A DNA stretch of 64,000 nt from Chara braunii (lineage: Eukaryota; Plantae; Charophyceae). Position numbers and translations under genes: made by a program. The stretch covers positions 4,610,666 to 4,674,665 of the forward strand of contig BFEA01000037.1 of assembly GCA_003427395.1 (NCBI GenBank), in the 5' to 3' direction. Under the pieces are notes generated by a model, which was given only the letters and a program-made list of their open reading frames with translations, was not told the DNA's origin and ran no database searches. Below, piece by piece: positions 36,481 to 50,700 of this stretch (positions are counted from its first letter, which is position 1; each line of letters begins with the position of its first letter).

Positions 36481-37691
36481 ATAGTTTTGAAGTACCCATT
36501 GATGCTTTGAATGACCTTACAAGGTGCAAGATCGAAGGAAAAGAATACGCTCACTTTTAATTGACAACTTTTTTTTCTCGCGCGATCCATTTTATCTCCT
36601 TTTTCCCCTTTTGCTCTCCCTCGTTCCCCACTTGTACTCTTCTTTGCTTCTTTCATTCTCCTTCTCTCCTTCTCTTTCCCTAGTTCGCATTCCTTCTTTG
36701 TCATACTCTACTTTCCCTGACCTTCTTCACGACTTCTTCTTTCTTAGAGCACCTTTCCTTTTGTTCGTCTTCCTCATCCTCCCTACGACTTTGATACATT
36801 CGACCAGACAAGTCTTTTTTTCTTTGTTAATGTCGCTTAATAGCGAAAATAACAAATAAAAGAAATACAGGCATACACGCCATCCTCCAAACTTCAGCTC
36901 AGATAGACCATCATTGTGGCAGTGTAGGCTGCGTAGGGTCAAGAGAGTGGTTTACAAATTCTTTCCTCAGTTTTCATTTCCTATCTCAATACCACTACTT
37001 CCTAGCATTGATACTATGCAAATGAACACTACCTGAGCTTAGTCTATATGGTTGAATCGTTGTTGACTTCTATCTTTTCACGCGGTCTACACTGTCATGG
37101 CCATAGGTAAATAATAACCCTGCAGTCCCAAGCAAACGAGCACTATCCTGATCCCACGCATCCTCAAGTTGGCAAGCACTCAGATAGGCATGTCGGTCAA
37201 CAACATGTGATTTCACAAGCTTAACAACTGGTCACATTTAGGTAGTTGCCCCTGTGAGTCTGTGACCAATTCAAACTTTATCATTGTTCTTAGCTTGTGC
37301 ACTCTGACAGACACACCAACCAATAGCATGCATAATCTTTGAAGTCCAACAAAATATAGAACTCAGTTGCAAACGCCCTGTCTGGGTCATAGACTTAAAT
37401 TGCTTAGTAGAACCTAGAAACATAAGCAAGTAGAATTTGAAATAAGGTCTAATTCAATACAATCTTCCTTCCCTTCTTATCCTTCCTAGTTTGTGCATTC
37501 ATTATGACTTTGAAGGATGTTTATGTAGGAGTAATAGAGATCTTGTTAATCCATTCATTCACGTCACTGTGTGGACAACAAGGTAGTTGGTTACCTCAAA
37601 AGTGTCATGGCTACTCCGCCATTTACTCGTTCTTGGTTGAATCTGTCCTCTTTTGACTTTTCAGAGTCCTGGGTGGGAATCACACTACTTC

Positions 37692-38160
37692 CTAGGAAGA
37701 TTCTCACGCCCGGCCGGACACCCGGGCATGACGCCCAGGGGGTTCTGACGACGTGAAAAAAAATAAAAAAATAAAAAAATAAAAATAAAAAAATAAATTC
37801 TGCGCTCTACCAGAGGACTCCAAATCCAGGCTTATTTCGTTTTTTGCGAGTTGGCTGTCAAAGGGGGGAAGCGGGGTATAAATTGGTTTTAAAGGGGCTA
37901 AAGGGGTCTAAAGGGGGATGCCTTTGTGTGATTCTGTTATTTTCTTTTTTATCTCCATCATAATGTGACCCTCACCCAAAAGTGGTTTGCATTTCAATCC
38001 TACACAACATATTTTGTTTCCAAAATTTTTTGAGTTTTTTTTTTTTTTTTTTTTGCGTTGGGGCTGCCCGGAACCCTGCCCGGGGGTCATGCCCGGCCGG
38101 GCACCCGGGCGTGTACCCGGGCAGAAGTTGGGTGCCCGAGCGCCCGGAAAAACAGCCTAG
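37692..38160. mobile_element. 469-bp MITE / non-autonomous hAT-like element
   Basis: Perfect 8-bp TSD ACTACTTC (37684-37691 / 38161-38168); CTAGG...CCTAG ends; GC-rich subterminal inverted repeats (cacgcccgg...cgggcatgac / gtcatgcccg...ccgggcgtg). Confidence 0.85.
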
Positions 38161-39328
38161 ACTACTTCATTATTTGTAGGAACCAGTGCCATACTTGTTT
38201 AATCAGTAGGGTTATGCTTGTCCACACCAGTTCTAACTTGGCAGCCTGATAGCTTGGGTATCAATATTCGTTTAGATAGAGCAGACCCCTTTTCTTCACA
38301 TATTAAGTCAGGTAGGTAAGTCTTATGGCCGTATTGTTACGTAAGTAATGATGACAAAATTGAATAGTGATAATAATCATATTAGTAATAAAGAACAATT
38401 GTAATGATAACAACAATAATACCATTAATTAAGGCATTCCTTCCTAACTGTACATCCGTAGAATCGTGCCATTCTCAGCACACCCCACAAAGGTGCTTAT
38501 ACCCAGACGTACATGGCTTAGTCTTTGAGCCAGACATATGACTACTGGCACAATCAACCAGGTAGCGGGTTTAACGGGTAGTCGCAGGGACAGATGGCAG
38601 AAGAGCACGCATGCATCTCACACCGACCAGCCTACCAGAACGTCAAACAATCATAAGACATGAGATGAGCTACCGAGATGCTGCAAGTCTGGATCCTTGG
38701 ATTTCTGGTGAATTCCCCTCTCGTAGGCCAGTTCCAATGGCAAGGTGTGAGCATACCACACAATCCAAAACAGCCTGTCGCATTTGCTTACTAGGTTGGC
38801 TATGAATCAGCATTCGCTCACCCCACACACCGAGGACTTGAAATAAACACACAACTCTCCGGACTACCAACCGCTTTGGCTCACAATCGGATGCAAATGT
38901 TCGTCCGAAGCATATCAAAAGCAAAGTGCACCGCCTCATCTCTACATCGAAAATCGCGAGTCAAAGAGAGAAACGAATGCACCACGCACCTACGTGCAAG
39001 GACGGACCGGAAGTCTCCTCTTGTGCACGCGGTCGCAAAAGGAACACCCTTCCCCCTTTGGATCCACATGCGCCTGTTGTCACCGACATCACCAGCAGAA
39101 CTCGACGCAGGCGAAATCCAAGAGACAGAGGACGACAACCTTCATATCCCACAACTTAGATGTAGCGGAACTGCAACACAATGCGATTTATCATGATGGG
39201 TACTATGCGAAGGCCACAACACGGGGACACGACAAACACAAATGCATATTCCAATCGAGTCGGGTGATGACGGGCCTAACCTCACGACGCCATTGGCGGA
39301 TGCATCACACATCATGTTAGTCCCCGCC

Positions 39329-39381
39329 TAATGATAATAATAATAATAATATAACAAATAACAAAAATAATAATAATAATA

Positions 39382-39421
<40 letters not shown>
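39329..39421. repeat. (TAA)n microsatellite
   Basis: Directly visible. Confidence 0.95.
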
Positions 39422-39423
<2 letters not shown>

Positions 39424-42400
39424 GCATACTACATATTGTTCTGGTCAGATACATGTGAAGGCGACATGAGATCGGCCGTCCAGGTTAGGATTCTTTCTGT
39501 TCTCTCTCTCTCTTCCACCTTCCTCTACTTCTTCTTCTTCTTCATCATTGCTTTCAAAATCGTTGTCGTTATATATGTCGTAGTGGTCACTTCCTCCTCA
39601 TTTTCCCCCCCATTCTCCCCTTTCTTTTGCCCTTCTTCTTCGTCTCCTTTATCTCCTCTCCTTCGTTTCTCCGCTTCGTAACTCTGCTAGCATCTCCTTC
39701 CTCTTCACCGCAACTTTCCTCTTTCTTACGTCACCGCACCTTCTTCCTCAAGTATACCTGTGCGTCTTCTTCCTTTTCGCACATTCTTCTTCACCTACCC
39801 TTCAACTCATCCTTCAACGTGCGTTCATAGCCTTTCTCAACCACTCCACCTGTGCGCCTAACTCTCCCTCATTTCACTCCGCCCGTCGTCCCGTTGCTTG
39901 TCCGTCCGCCAGTAATCACACTACTATTGCGCGCACTCCTCATCTTCCTCATGCTCTGCTCGCTTGCTCATGTTTCATCCTTTGCACGGTGGTGTTTGCT
40001 CTCTGTCTCCTTGTGTTTCCCTTGTTTTCGTCTACCACATGCTGCTTTCCTCTTTCTCTCTTTCACGCACACATACACACACAAGTGAAGTAGTGTACAT
40101 TTCCATGATCTAGCGTAGATTCATTCGATTTTGCTCATACTATTGATGGACGTACCATGAACTCCGCCGTGAGATTGGAGATTTACCTGTGCTCAACATG
40201 ATCCAACACGATGTGCAGCATACCGGGACCTCAACATTGGAACACGATCGGTACAAGCGCACATTCTTATCAAGTCCGGCGGATGGTGGTCCAACCTCAT
40301 GACACCGTCGGAGGATGCATCACACACCAATAAGTCCTCACCTCCGCATATGGTAAGCAACAGATACAGGGTCGAGGCCTCCAGCGCCATCATCCTACGT
40401 CGCCATTCGGACGATGAAGCGCAGAGTTGCCATACCAAGTCACCACTTCTACCTATCATTCTCATTCCCTTTCGTTTTCTTCTTACCTACTCCTTGCGTT
40501 CTCTTCGTCTCGCCCCCCCTTTTTTTTTCTCCATCTTTGTTTCCGCTTTCAATTGCAACCACTTGCTACTTTGGCATTTAGATTGTATTAGTATTAGAAT
40601 GACTCACTGGTCTGGATTGGGTTGGAGTGACGTGGTAGTCGGACTTACGGTTTCAAATACATGAAGTGAAGGTAAGCGCGTGTCCCCACTTGTCTCCTCC
40701 GCTTGAATCTCTTTTGAAAACACATGTACTCGCGACCTACGGTCGTTCAGTTATTTCCAAAACGAGGGCGCTCCAATCGGGGATGATGATCGTGAATATT
40801 TCCTCTGCTTTTCGCTTCATGGTCCTCGCCTTTTCCTTCTCTTTCACTCCTCTTCCCTGATGACATCCGCTTTCACTTTCTTCACCCTTGCTCACTCTCG
40901 CTGTGGGTCTCCTGTCGCGCTGGCACCATCTTTCCTCAACTCGTGCTCACGTACAGTTGTCCGCTTTCGTTTTCCCTCGCCTGCTTGCTTGTGCATCTAC
41001 TCTCGCTCGCGCTCGTCCACTGTGGGCCCACTACTCACACATCTATGCGTGTTAGTGCCTGCTCAATCTAGCCCTCGAATGCTCACTTTCATGTATGCGT
41101 GTGTTCACAATCGTGTCTGCTTCTCAACTACCTATGTCACTCTCCTCGGCATGCATTCAGTGCTTGCTTTTCCTCCTCGCATTCCCAATAGCTTCACTAC
41201 TCGTTCCCACGACCACGAGTTGGCCCGCTCTTGCGCTCATCCTTGCTTTCATATTTCATACTGTGATCGACGAATTTGGACGTATGCGCATGTCTAGATC
41301 CAATTGTTATTGTTTTTATTCATTTGTATATATATATTTTTTGTTTTTGTTCATTTTATTTACTCGAAAAATAGTATAGAATCGTGTTTTGTCTCAAATC
41401 ACGTAGGCATACCTTTCCACATTCTAACGGAAGATTCAGTGTCATCCTGCCCGTTTGATTGGTCGGTGTATTGATGTTCCTTGTTTCAAGTATTCCCGTA
41501 GATTTTGGTAGATGACCGCTTCACTTCCCTTCCCTTCCGACAACCAACAAAACTACCACACAACTTAGGTAGCGCATAGATTGGGGAGTCAAAAGAAAAC
41601 TCCGTAATAAAATAATTGATTTAATGGATCCTCAAAGAATTAAAAATATATGTATATATATAACTGAACTACCTATGATGTGCCCTGTATGGACAATCGT
41701 CGGGCTCCTGTCTCGAGAGGAACCCAAATTCATAACTACTTTTGTTCTCGTAATCACGAGTTCGAATCCTGGTTGCTCAAGGACGAGGTGAAATAACAGT
41801 CCCCATTAGTGAGTTTCCTACCAAAACGAGTTTGCCTAGAGGTAGGATGGACTTTGTCCTAGTACGTACGGTCAGTTAATCCGCACATGAACCTTATGGC
41901 CAACTCCTTCGGTAGAAGAGGAGCCGACTTGCCATATGTAGAGATCCAGGCTAGACCTTACTAGTGTATTAGGCCCATAGTCTATTTTTAAGGTAAGATT
42001 AGGCCAACTTTTACTATCATAACTCGCTACGTTGGGTAAACACATTCTTTCGGTTGCCCTGACCACATGGTTGGGCCCATAATAACTCCTAACCTTCTTC
42101 CCGGCTCTACGGGTGGGTGAACTGTTGGTTTTTTTATGTTGATTGTTCCAACATATGCAGTACTGAACTACTTAACTTATTATACTGTGCCGCCTAAACT
42201 CCTGATTAACTCAGGATGTTATTGTCGCATGCCCTTTTTCCTCCATTCACCAACTCTTCGATTTTTACGGTCGAAGGCCTTTACCTCTTAATAATCATCG
42301 ACTCTGCGGGCATCACGATGACACACGCAACCCTTTAATAATCTCGGCCTTCGTGGTCGAGGAATCTGATTCATAGTGTCGCACTAAAGCGCCCTTACTT

Positions 42401-44523
42401 ATTACTAGAAACCAGCTTCGTCTCGGTAATTGATGTCAGAGTTATGTCAGTTGTAAAAACATGGTAAAATACCCTTGTAACAGTATTCCCCGACCCTATT
42501 AAGCGATGTCCCCGTCGCTATGGGAACTATATGCAAATAAAATTGTCTTCTAACAAGCAACTTGTCAAACCCGGATTAGTGGCGTGAAGCGTGGTTCAGG
42601 ATTGGCATCGCCCCATTATGTTTGAGTGTCACTACCGAGATTAGAACATGTGTCTCCCACATTATAACTTTTAATAAAATCAAACGATTTTGCCTCGCAG
42701 GTGGGGATACTTGATTTGTACTATAGTGCATGAAATCATTAAGCGTGACAATGTTTCATCCTTCCCTTAAGCCTTAGACTTGGTTCAGTTCACTGTTCGT
42801 TGTCTTAAGAGTCAGTGTTCTCGTTTGAACTCAACCCTTCGGATGAGGTTCCTAACCGAGACCTTGGCAGTCCAAACTCTTAGTACAAATGACCAAAGTA
42901 GCCCGTTGTCCTGTTCGAAGCCTAATACAGGACTAGCGGTCTCCATCTTGACCCACCACAGTCCAGCTTATCAGGCTAGAGCTGCAACGCACCACGTTGT
43001 TGTTTAACGTTGGTTACCCTCGTCGGTTATGCAACGATAGGATATTCATTCTATTTTTTTTAATTTCACAAATTTCAAGACTAATGTTGACCCTTCTGGC
43101 ACCCACCTGAGTCAATTCCTTCATCTGGGCAGCCAACCCCTTGGGTTTCGACCCCGGGCCAAAGTGGGAAGGTCAGCTATCCGATTATGTTGGGTCAGCA
43201 GCCCACTCTGGAGTTACGTCCCAACGATGTTAATTTTCTACCATAGGCTTGGTGATTCATGCCCTCAAGTTGACCCTTGGAATTAATGAATGATGTATTT
43301 TCAATATAATAACCATAAATTGCAATATCATAAAAAAAATAAAAATGATCATCGTCAGGTTGCCATTTAGGGTTGTGCCCTTAAAGTCTTTGATCATAAC
43401 TCGGTCAGGCATGCACCTCGGGGTCATTTATTCATACAAAATCCAACAAAAAAATAATGAGTAGTGACTCTTTGCTGGTCCGAATCCAATAAAAAGAAAA
43501 TATCACATTCAAATTGTATGTCAATTGTATTTGTAATGATTCATCACTCGATTCACTGAAATAATTTGTCCTCAAACATGGATATATAATCAAATATTTT
43601 ATACATGATATGCCACTTGCCGCCACTTCAAAAAATTTTACCACACAATCCTTATTGGTTTTGTCCAAAATTTAGATCCGCCCAGTCCTACCACCATCTT
43701 AGGCCTCTAACGAGTCCAGGAGTGATAGATGAAGGAGGATATTCATTTCACAACAAGGGCTCAAGATATGGACAAGGATTTACTCACAATGCGAAAAATA
43801 TTTTTGTGGTCACTAACTTATCCCCCTTGAATACATATGTAAAAATAGAAGTATGTCATACGTGTTCTTGACAAATTTGGAACGTACAGAGTCATATTTG
43901 TGACTCGTTCCTTTCTCACTCTCATGTCAATTCAGAAATGTTATGCAACCCTTATACTATCATCTATTCTAAGTATTACTCCTATTAAGACCTAACTCCA
44001 CTCAAAAAGAAAAAAAAAAATCATCCATCTCTAGACTGAAATCTGCTTGTTTACATTTTCTCTGAACTTTTTATACTAACAGAACTCCATAGCTCAACTA
44101 GTCAATACATGTGTTTAACCAGGGGTGTTATTATCGACGAATTTTGCACCGAAATTGTCATATTGTATTGATTTTTGCTTCTTTTTTTTTGTGACATATA
44201 TGTGCTTTACGGTACGCCATGTGTCCAGTTTTAATATGTTTGGATCAATAATGAAAAAGTTGGCATTTCGTTGAATTCGTTCGATGTTTCGTTTTAACTC
44301 GGACAATGTTTTTGTGTTAGGGTTTTATAGTGTTTTTTTGTTTTCCTTTTTCCGTTTTCTTTGGCCTGATTCTTTTTTTGATGTTTGTACTATGGACCCA
44401 TATCGTTTGTTTTTAAAAATTTCAATGAATTCTGCACCGAAATTATCAACGAAAACGATGAATATTTGGCGCCCCGTTAACCATCTCTCTCATGTCTCTA
44501 CTCATCTTTAGTCTAAGAATGTG

Positions 44524-44745
44524 ATAGCTAGCCTCAACGTTCGATGCAACTCTGCTTAGCCTCCTTCAGGAGTTATGGGGATTACTTGTTCAGTGATGGT
44601 CAGAAGTCTCCTCTGCGGGTTATATGTAGTCAGCCCCTACATTCGATGGAGCTCTACTTTGTCTCCTTCAAAAATCATGGGGATCACTTGTCCAGTGATG
44701 GCCTCAAGTCTCCTCTGCGAGTCATATGTAGCTAGCCCCAACGCA
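44524..44745. repeat. ~102-bp tandem repeat, ~2.2 copies
   Basis: atggggat(t/c)acttgt(t/c)cagtgatgg...aagtctcctctgcg at 44575 and 44677. Confidence 0.8.
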
Positions 44746-44949
44746 ATGTACTTTGCAAGTACTTCACATTCGTTTTTGAAGTGTCATTCTTTCGTGCAGA
44801 AGAAGCACCTGGTTTTGGGCTTGTTGTTCCTTGCTTTCTTCGTGCGACGACGAGGTTCCTGCCTGACCCCCTAATTCCTCCTGTACCCCCAAACTAGAGA
44901 ATCCTCTCTTCTTGGTGCCTTCATGTTGAAGCAAGGTCAAACTCTTACC

Positions 44950-46871
44950 CCTCTCATTCTCAGAGACACGAGACTCAACAATCCCTAACTCGTTTTATGG
45001 TCCCAAGTTGGTGGGCTCATCATCTCTAACATTTGTCTGCTCCTTTCCTTCCTCCTTTTTTCCTTGGGCGAAGGGCCCCCACTCCTTTCCTAATCACCTT
45101 GATTTCAAATTTGTTTCCTCCCTTCCATTCCATCACCCTCATACCTTCCTCATTCCTCTCCTGACAACTCTATTTCAGCTTCTCCATCCATCTCATTACT
45201 TCTTCCCATCGTTTGTCCCAAGTTTGATTCGATATCCCCTTTGCTGCAATCTCCTCATCCAAGTCCTCTCCTTTCTTACTAACTTCTTAACACAGATCTT
45301 TTTTTTTTTTTTCATTTTTTCCTTACAAGCCACTTCATTCTCCAGTTCCTTGTTTTTCATAGTCAAGGTACCATTCAACGTTTTCACTTGCTTTGTCAGC
45401 TCATCTTTCCCCTTTTCAACTCATTTAATTATCCCCTTAGCTTTTTCAAGCCCTCAGTCAATTTTGCCATTTGAAAATCCCTGTTTTTTTCCTTCTCTTT
45501 CAGCTTGCAAATTTCCTTCAGTAGCCTAGGGATATAATCCAAAAATCCCTCCATAAGGAGCTCAGTGCTTTCTTTCAGCTTAGACTGTAGCCCCTTCCCC
45601 AAAGTCCCCAGATCACCACCAACTTTTTTCTCCTCCTTTCCTTTTTCCATCTCCCTCAACATACTCCTAAAGAAGTCTGGTACATTGGTCATCCATTAGC
45701 TCATGCAACCCCATCAACTTGTGCATGTTCGTTGAGTGTTTTGAACTTACCATAAGCTCAGAGAGAAGCATCCTTTCAAACTTACATCCTAGGAAGAGTT
45801 AACATGCAGATCATCATCTTGAAGCATTTTGACCACATTAATCCCTCTGACTTTTCTTCTTTCTTTCCTTCTGCAACCTTTCCTCCTTGCTTTCCAATTT
45901 GTCTTCTGCTTCTCCTTTCTTATGAGAAGAACCCTTGCATTCCACTCTTCTCTCCTCTATTTCTTTTTTTAATGCCCTCTCCTTCTCCCGTCTAAGCTCC
46001 TTCTTACCCTCTTTTATTTCAACTTTTTTTTTTTCATCCTCAACTGGTTTCCACATTTCAGTCTTTCTGACTCTTGGAAATCTACTCACCCCATGAGGGT
46101 TTTCTTTTGACAGTTCCTCTTCTTTTTTTCCTCTTTCCCCTTTTTCCAGGACTTGACATGCTGTCCCCTTCCTCGCCTTGGCTGATGACCCAAGTCTGCT
46201 TCGCAAGTTCCTCAATGGTACATCCTCTTTTTTTTTCTCCTTGTTGAATCCCCCCCTGCAGCATATCCTTCTCTCCTCCAATCCACAACCCTTTTTCCTA
46301 AAGTCTTTCTTTCTTGGTCTGATCCTGCCTCAATTGGGTGTATGTCATCTGCAATGTTATCAGTATCCATTGCCAAGTGCAAGTCTCACTTACAATCCCT
46401 TTCACCTCCTCATACTCACTCTTTTCAGTTCTTTCCAACAAGCTCTTCTTCGTATCCTCATCATCCCACCCACCTTTTTGTGCAGATAGTTAAAGCTTGT
46501 AAACAAAGTCATCCAAGTTGATCCCATCATGTGCCAGATCATCCTCAATCTCATATCTGGAAAAAACTCCAAAAAGTTGCCGTAACCTGACCATGCAAGT
46601 TTTTCACCTTAGACAATCTGCAACCAACTTCCCAATCTTCTTCATATATTTCCCCTCTCTAGTCACCATTGAGAGTTTCATATTGTCATCTCATTCTCGC
46701 TTGAAGGCATACTCCTCAAATTCTCTCAAAAACATATGCAGGTTATCCCTTGGTTTGTAGATCGACAGTACCTACGGGTCCCTGGTGCTTCTCTTGATCC
46801 CTCCTCTGCCCTTCTCTTCTCAAGGATGGCCTAGAGGGTCCTGCCACATTTCCCTTCTGAGCCATGGCCAT
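44950..46871 (-). pseudogene. Decayed Gag-like / charged coiled-coil ORF downstream of the element 3 integrase
   Basis: DNLHMFLREFEEYAFKRE*DDNMKL and DGINLDDFVYKL*LSAQKGGWDDEDTKK both resemble the gag N-terminus of elements 1/2; E/K-rich remainder. Confidence 0.6.
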
Positions 46872-47049
46872 CTTTTATCCAATAGATACGCCTGCACACA
46901 GAGGGGAAAAATGATAGGCACAACGGTCAGAGAGCATCAAGGTAGCAACGTAGCATTACCAATCCCGCAAAACATAAGCACAAAATTTTCAACATCTTGA
47001 TATTCTTGACATATATATATATATATATTTTAAGTTTCTTTGTTTTCAT

Positions 47050-47792
47050 TCACTTATCTTGTCTCTAATCTTGAATTTCTTTAGCTTAGATCCCGGAACC
47101 CAATCTTTTCTTGAAGTGTCATCCAACTCCTCCAATTCATAAGCTCCATGGAGTCCTTGATGCCTGATTTTGAGGTCCTAGCCATCGCTTACCCAATTTT
47201 CTTGACCACTGCTTTTCTAAGGAGGAATCGTATAGCAGTACAATATCTACGACCTTTAACGGTTCGGCCCTTACTCGAGGAAGTATGTCCAACCTTTCCT
47301 TATCTTTCCCACGACAATGAATCATTCAAGTTGCAGCTTCCTGAATCCTATCTTCAGTGCCGCTAACCTGTTGTGCTCTCAGTTCCAGAAATTCTTTCAA
47401 TGACAAGCCATTTTCAAAATCCTATTTGTGCCATGTCTTCAGAAAATTTTCCATTGGGAAAGTTGCATGCCTAACATACCAAAGAGTCGCAGATGCGTAC
47501 CTAGTCGTCCTCTTAACAGTGATATTCTCTCAACGAATATGGTTCTTAGGAACTTTGGCAAGAGGTTCAGTTTCCCACCAGTCCACTTAGCTAGCAGCTT
47601 CGTAATAGTACCGTGACCTCTTTCAACTGGTGAATTTGTCTGTGGGTGAGTCTGAGTCGTGTAGTTACCCATCACTTCCAAATCCTCCAGCAGTTCCTTC
47701 ACCTCCCCACATGTGAACTCATACCCCTTATTGATCATGAACTCGATCACGAATGGGTTTTTGAGATAGTATTCCTTAATGCACTCCACCAA
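47050..47792 (-). pseudogene. pol: Element 3: integrase core/C-terminal fragment of a different gypsy family
   Basis: FMINKGYEFT, HPQTNSPVERGHGTITKLLAKW, LLYDSSLEKQWSRKLGKRWLGP. Confidence 0.88.
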
Positions 47793-47799
47793 CGTTGCT

Positions 47800-50700
47800 G
47801 CAACTGAAGTTTTACTGGGTACCGGCTGAACTCGGTCAGACTGAGAGCAGCATAGGAGCGAATAGTACTATGAAGCTCCCCAGGAATCTTCTCCTGACTC
47901 ACTCCCACCATTTTTCCCGAGGGACGTATTGCCCGTGACATGGACTTTCATCGTGCACTACCCAAAGAAAGATTCATGCAGACACCTAACCTGAGTTGGG
48001 TTCTCTAAGTTGCTCCCTCTTCCGAAAGCCCTGACTGAAGGCTAGCTAGTGTTAATCACCAATCCCCCCACTCAGTCGAAACAACTTCCGTACGCCTCTT
48101 CCTTTACCTCGTTCATCCAGTGCTGAATATGCAAATTGTTTGACATCCGTTTAATCAGCAACAAAGATTGGCGGTGTTATAGGTATGGAATCAACTTTCA
48201 TACAGTAAGCACTTCACCGACCACTCTCGACTGTACATTGCAATTTTGAGACTACCGGCCTCCGTTCCAGCTATTTACACCGTACACGCCCAGCTATCAG
48301 ACATAGGCACTATTCTGGAAATGCACGGACCAGCTCCGACAACAAGCCTTGACAAGGTATATCTAGCTTGAGTACAGGTGCAAGTTGTTCCCGCTCATGG
48401 ATTGCGCAAAACCGCTGCACTTAGAGTTGGATTTGGCCAGATGTTTAGCCAAAAAGAACATACAGACTCAAGTAGTGATAAGCAGTGGACGGATAAGTGG
48501 GTGAAAGAGCAGACGTCTAGAAGGCTCTGAGTCGATCTTTACATTTGGGGTCTACCTCTTCCTTTTGAGTAACTTTCACTAATTTTCAGTTTAACCCAAA
48601 CTCTGGGTCTTACACAGAATAATGTTAACATTTTTCATTCAGACCCCATGCTGGTGTAGGGTCTACATGCTGAACGAACCATGAAGAGCAGGTAACATCA
48701 CCAGGGTGAGTCTTTGACCGCCACATCTTTCTGTCAACGGACCAGACCCGGCTGGTACACAACATATAACGATTGGAGAATCCTACTCAAATAGTGCACT
48801 CCGGACTACCAATAACGAGTTACTTGAGGGTGACCCCGTACGAAATGCTGCTCAACTCTTCTCGCGTTTAGGCATAGTACCAGAAGGCCGCTATCAGCAG
48901 ATTTTTAGGGCCCCTACAGGGCACTCAGGTAACGGCCACGGCACAGAGCAACTCAGGCCCAGTTACTGTTCAGGACCTCACATTTCAGCTTTGCCATCGC
49001 ATTGTCCACTCAACTCACACTCAAGATCTTTCATAGGACTCAATACGGCAACATGCCTTGCTCTCACATCAAACAGGGTCTTAATCTAGGAATACGCAGA
49101 ATGGTTTTAGGCCAGATAGAATCAACACCTCCCTCTTTTTCACTGAAACGACGACCTTAATCCCCTTCCATTAAGAACTTAACAAGCAAGTATGCAACCT
49201 TCCTAAGGGCGACTTGCTTCTTTCCCATCAGGCAATCATGCCTACATGATAAATCAATAATGCTATTACCTTGTGATCTACTCTTCTTCGGTGTTTGTGT
49301 TCTTTCACAGAGGTAGACAAGTCCACACTATTAGGCCAGACCTCCATTAACAAGCACTAAAATAGATCAGTGTTTATCACAAAGCTCGCCAAAGTCGATC
49401 ATCGACCCCTCGCTAGCGACATTCAGAGTTCAGGGCACTAACAACTCTTAACTGCCTCGTGCTAAGATTACAGAGCAAGGAATGAGTTTTTATTGATTAG
49501 GTGCGACACTAGCGACTAATCACAAGCACAAATTGATAAGAGTCTTTCATATAGGTGATCATCCATATGATTAGTTTGCAAGCCCGTTAATTGGTCATAC
49601 ACACTTGGCTGAAAGCGAAAAGTCTCTCGGGCCTCAAGACATTCGATATGCCTTAGTCTTCACCGATTTGTGGGCGGGGAATTGAAAACAAATACCAATG
49701 AAGAAGTCTTATTATTGCTCCGAGAGGCGGATTAAAGAAGTCTGAGTCTCAAAAGATAGCATTTTCAAATCCATTCACATACATCGTCAGAAACCAAAGG
49801 ACAACTTGTGTGAAAACAATCGTTGCTTCGTTCAAGTCTCAGATCTCACTTACACAACTGGTTAGTGCTAAGTCATCAATGCTGGCCCGGGTAATCACTG
49901 TTTGTGCACTATGTTTTCGCAGCAATCATCTGGATCCCCGTTCAGTTAGGTTTTTACACGGACCTGCTGAATTAACTTACGAAACGCACATGCCCCCTTA
50001 TACTTACAATAACCTATACACTCATTGTACCACTCTTGCGAAGGTCATACCTCTTAGTCGTCCCTCTCCCTGGTCTACTAGGGGCAAGAAGTCGGGACAG
50101 TCGGGATCGTCACTTATTCCTCAGTCCGAAAGAGAATATGTACAGATACCTCTTTTTGAGCGCAGACTCATGTCTCCCCAAGAAGGTAAAATTCAGTCCC
50201 CCTTTTCTTCTCAAGTACTAACGCTCACTTATGGAACTAACAGACGATTAACGAATGATGAATGAAAGCAGCGCAAAGTTAGGGTATTGCATCTCGGCAA
50301 TAGTAAGCGAGGAGCCTCGAGCGGGCTGATCCTTCAATGGCAGACGTGATGGGTCGACTTGAGAACTGGTATCGGCCGACCCCCGCCCACTTCCTCCGCA
50401 AGTCGCCAGGCTCCCCTCTGCTCATAATTGTTCCTCCCTCTAGCTTCGCACCGAAAAGCTCAAGGTTTGCAGGTACAACTAACAGTAGCACGACGAATGA
50501 TCAGCAAAGGAGAGGGGATTCACTCCAGCTCAACGAAGCGCACATACCTGCGTCCCTTCGTTCGAAAGTCGCCAACAACCAAGATCAGTCTTTCTCCTAC
50601 ATGACCACTCAGCTTGGACTTAAATCATCGCCGGCATGGATAGCCAACGGACATGCTCGCTCCTTCTGCGCGGGTCTCACGAGGCTGCCTCCCTTGACTC

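Noticed and set aside
36234-36859. ORFs with apparent transmembrane poly-Ile/Leu stretches
   Set aside because: Derived from (TAA)n and pyrimidine-rich low-complexity DNA
41745-41780. GTTCGAATCC B-box suggesting a tRNA or SINE
   Set aside because: No A-box, cloverleaf or tail discernible
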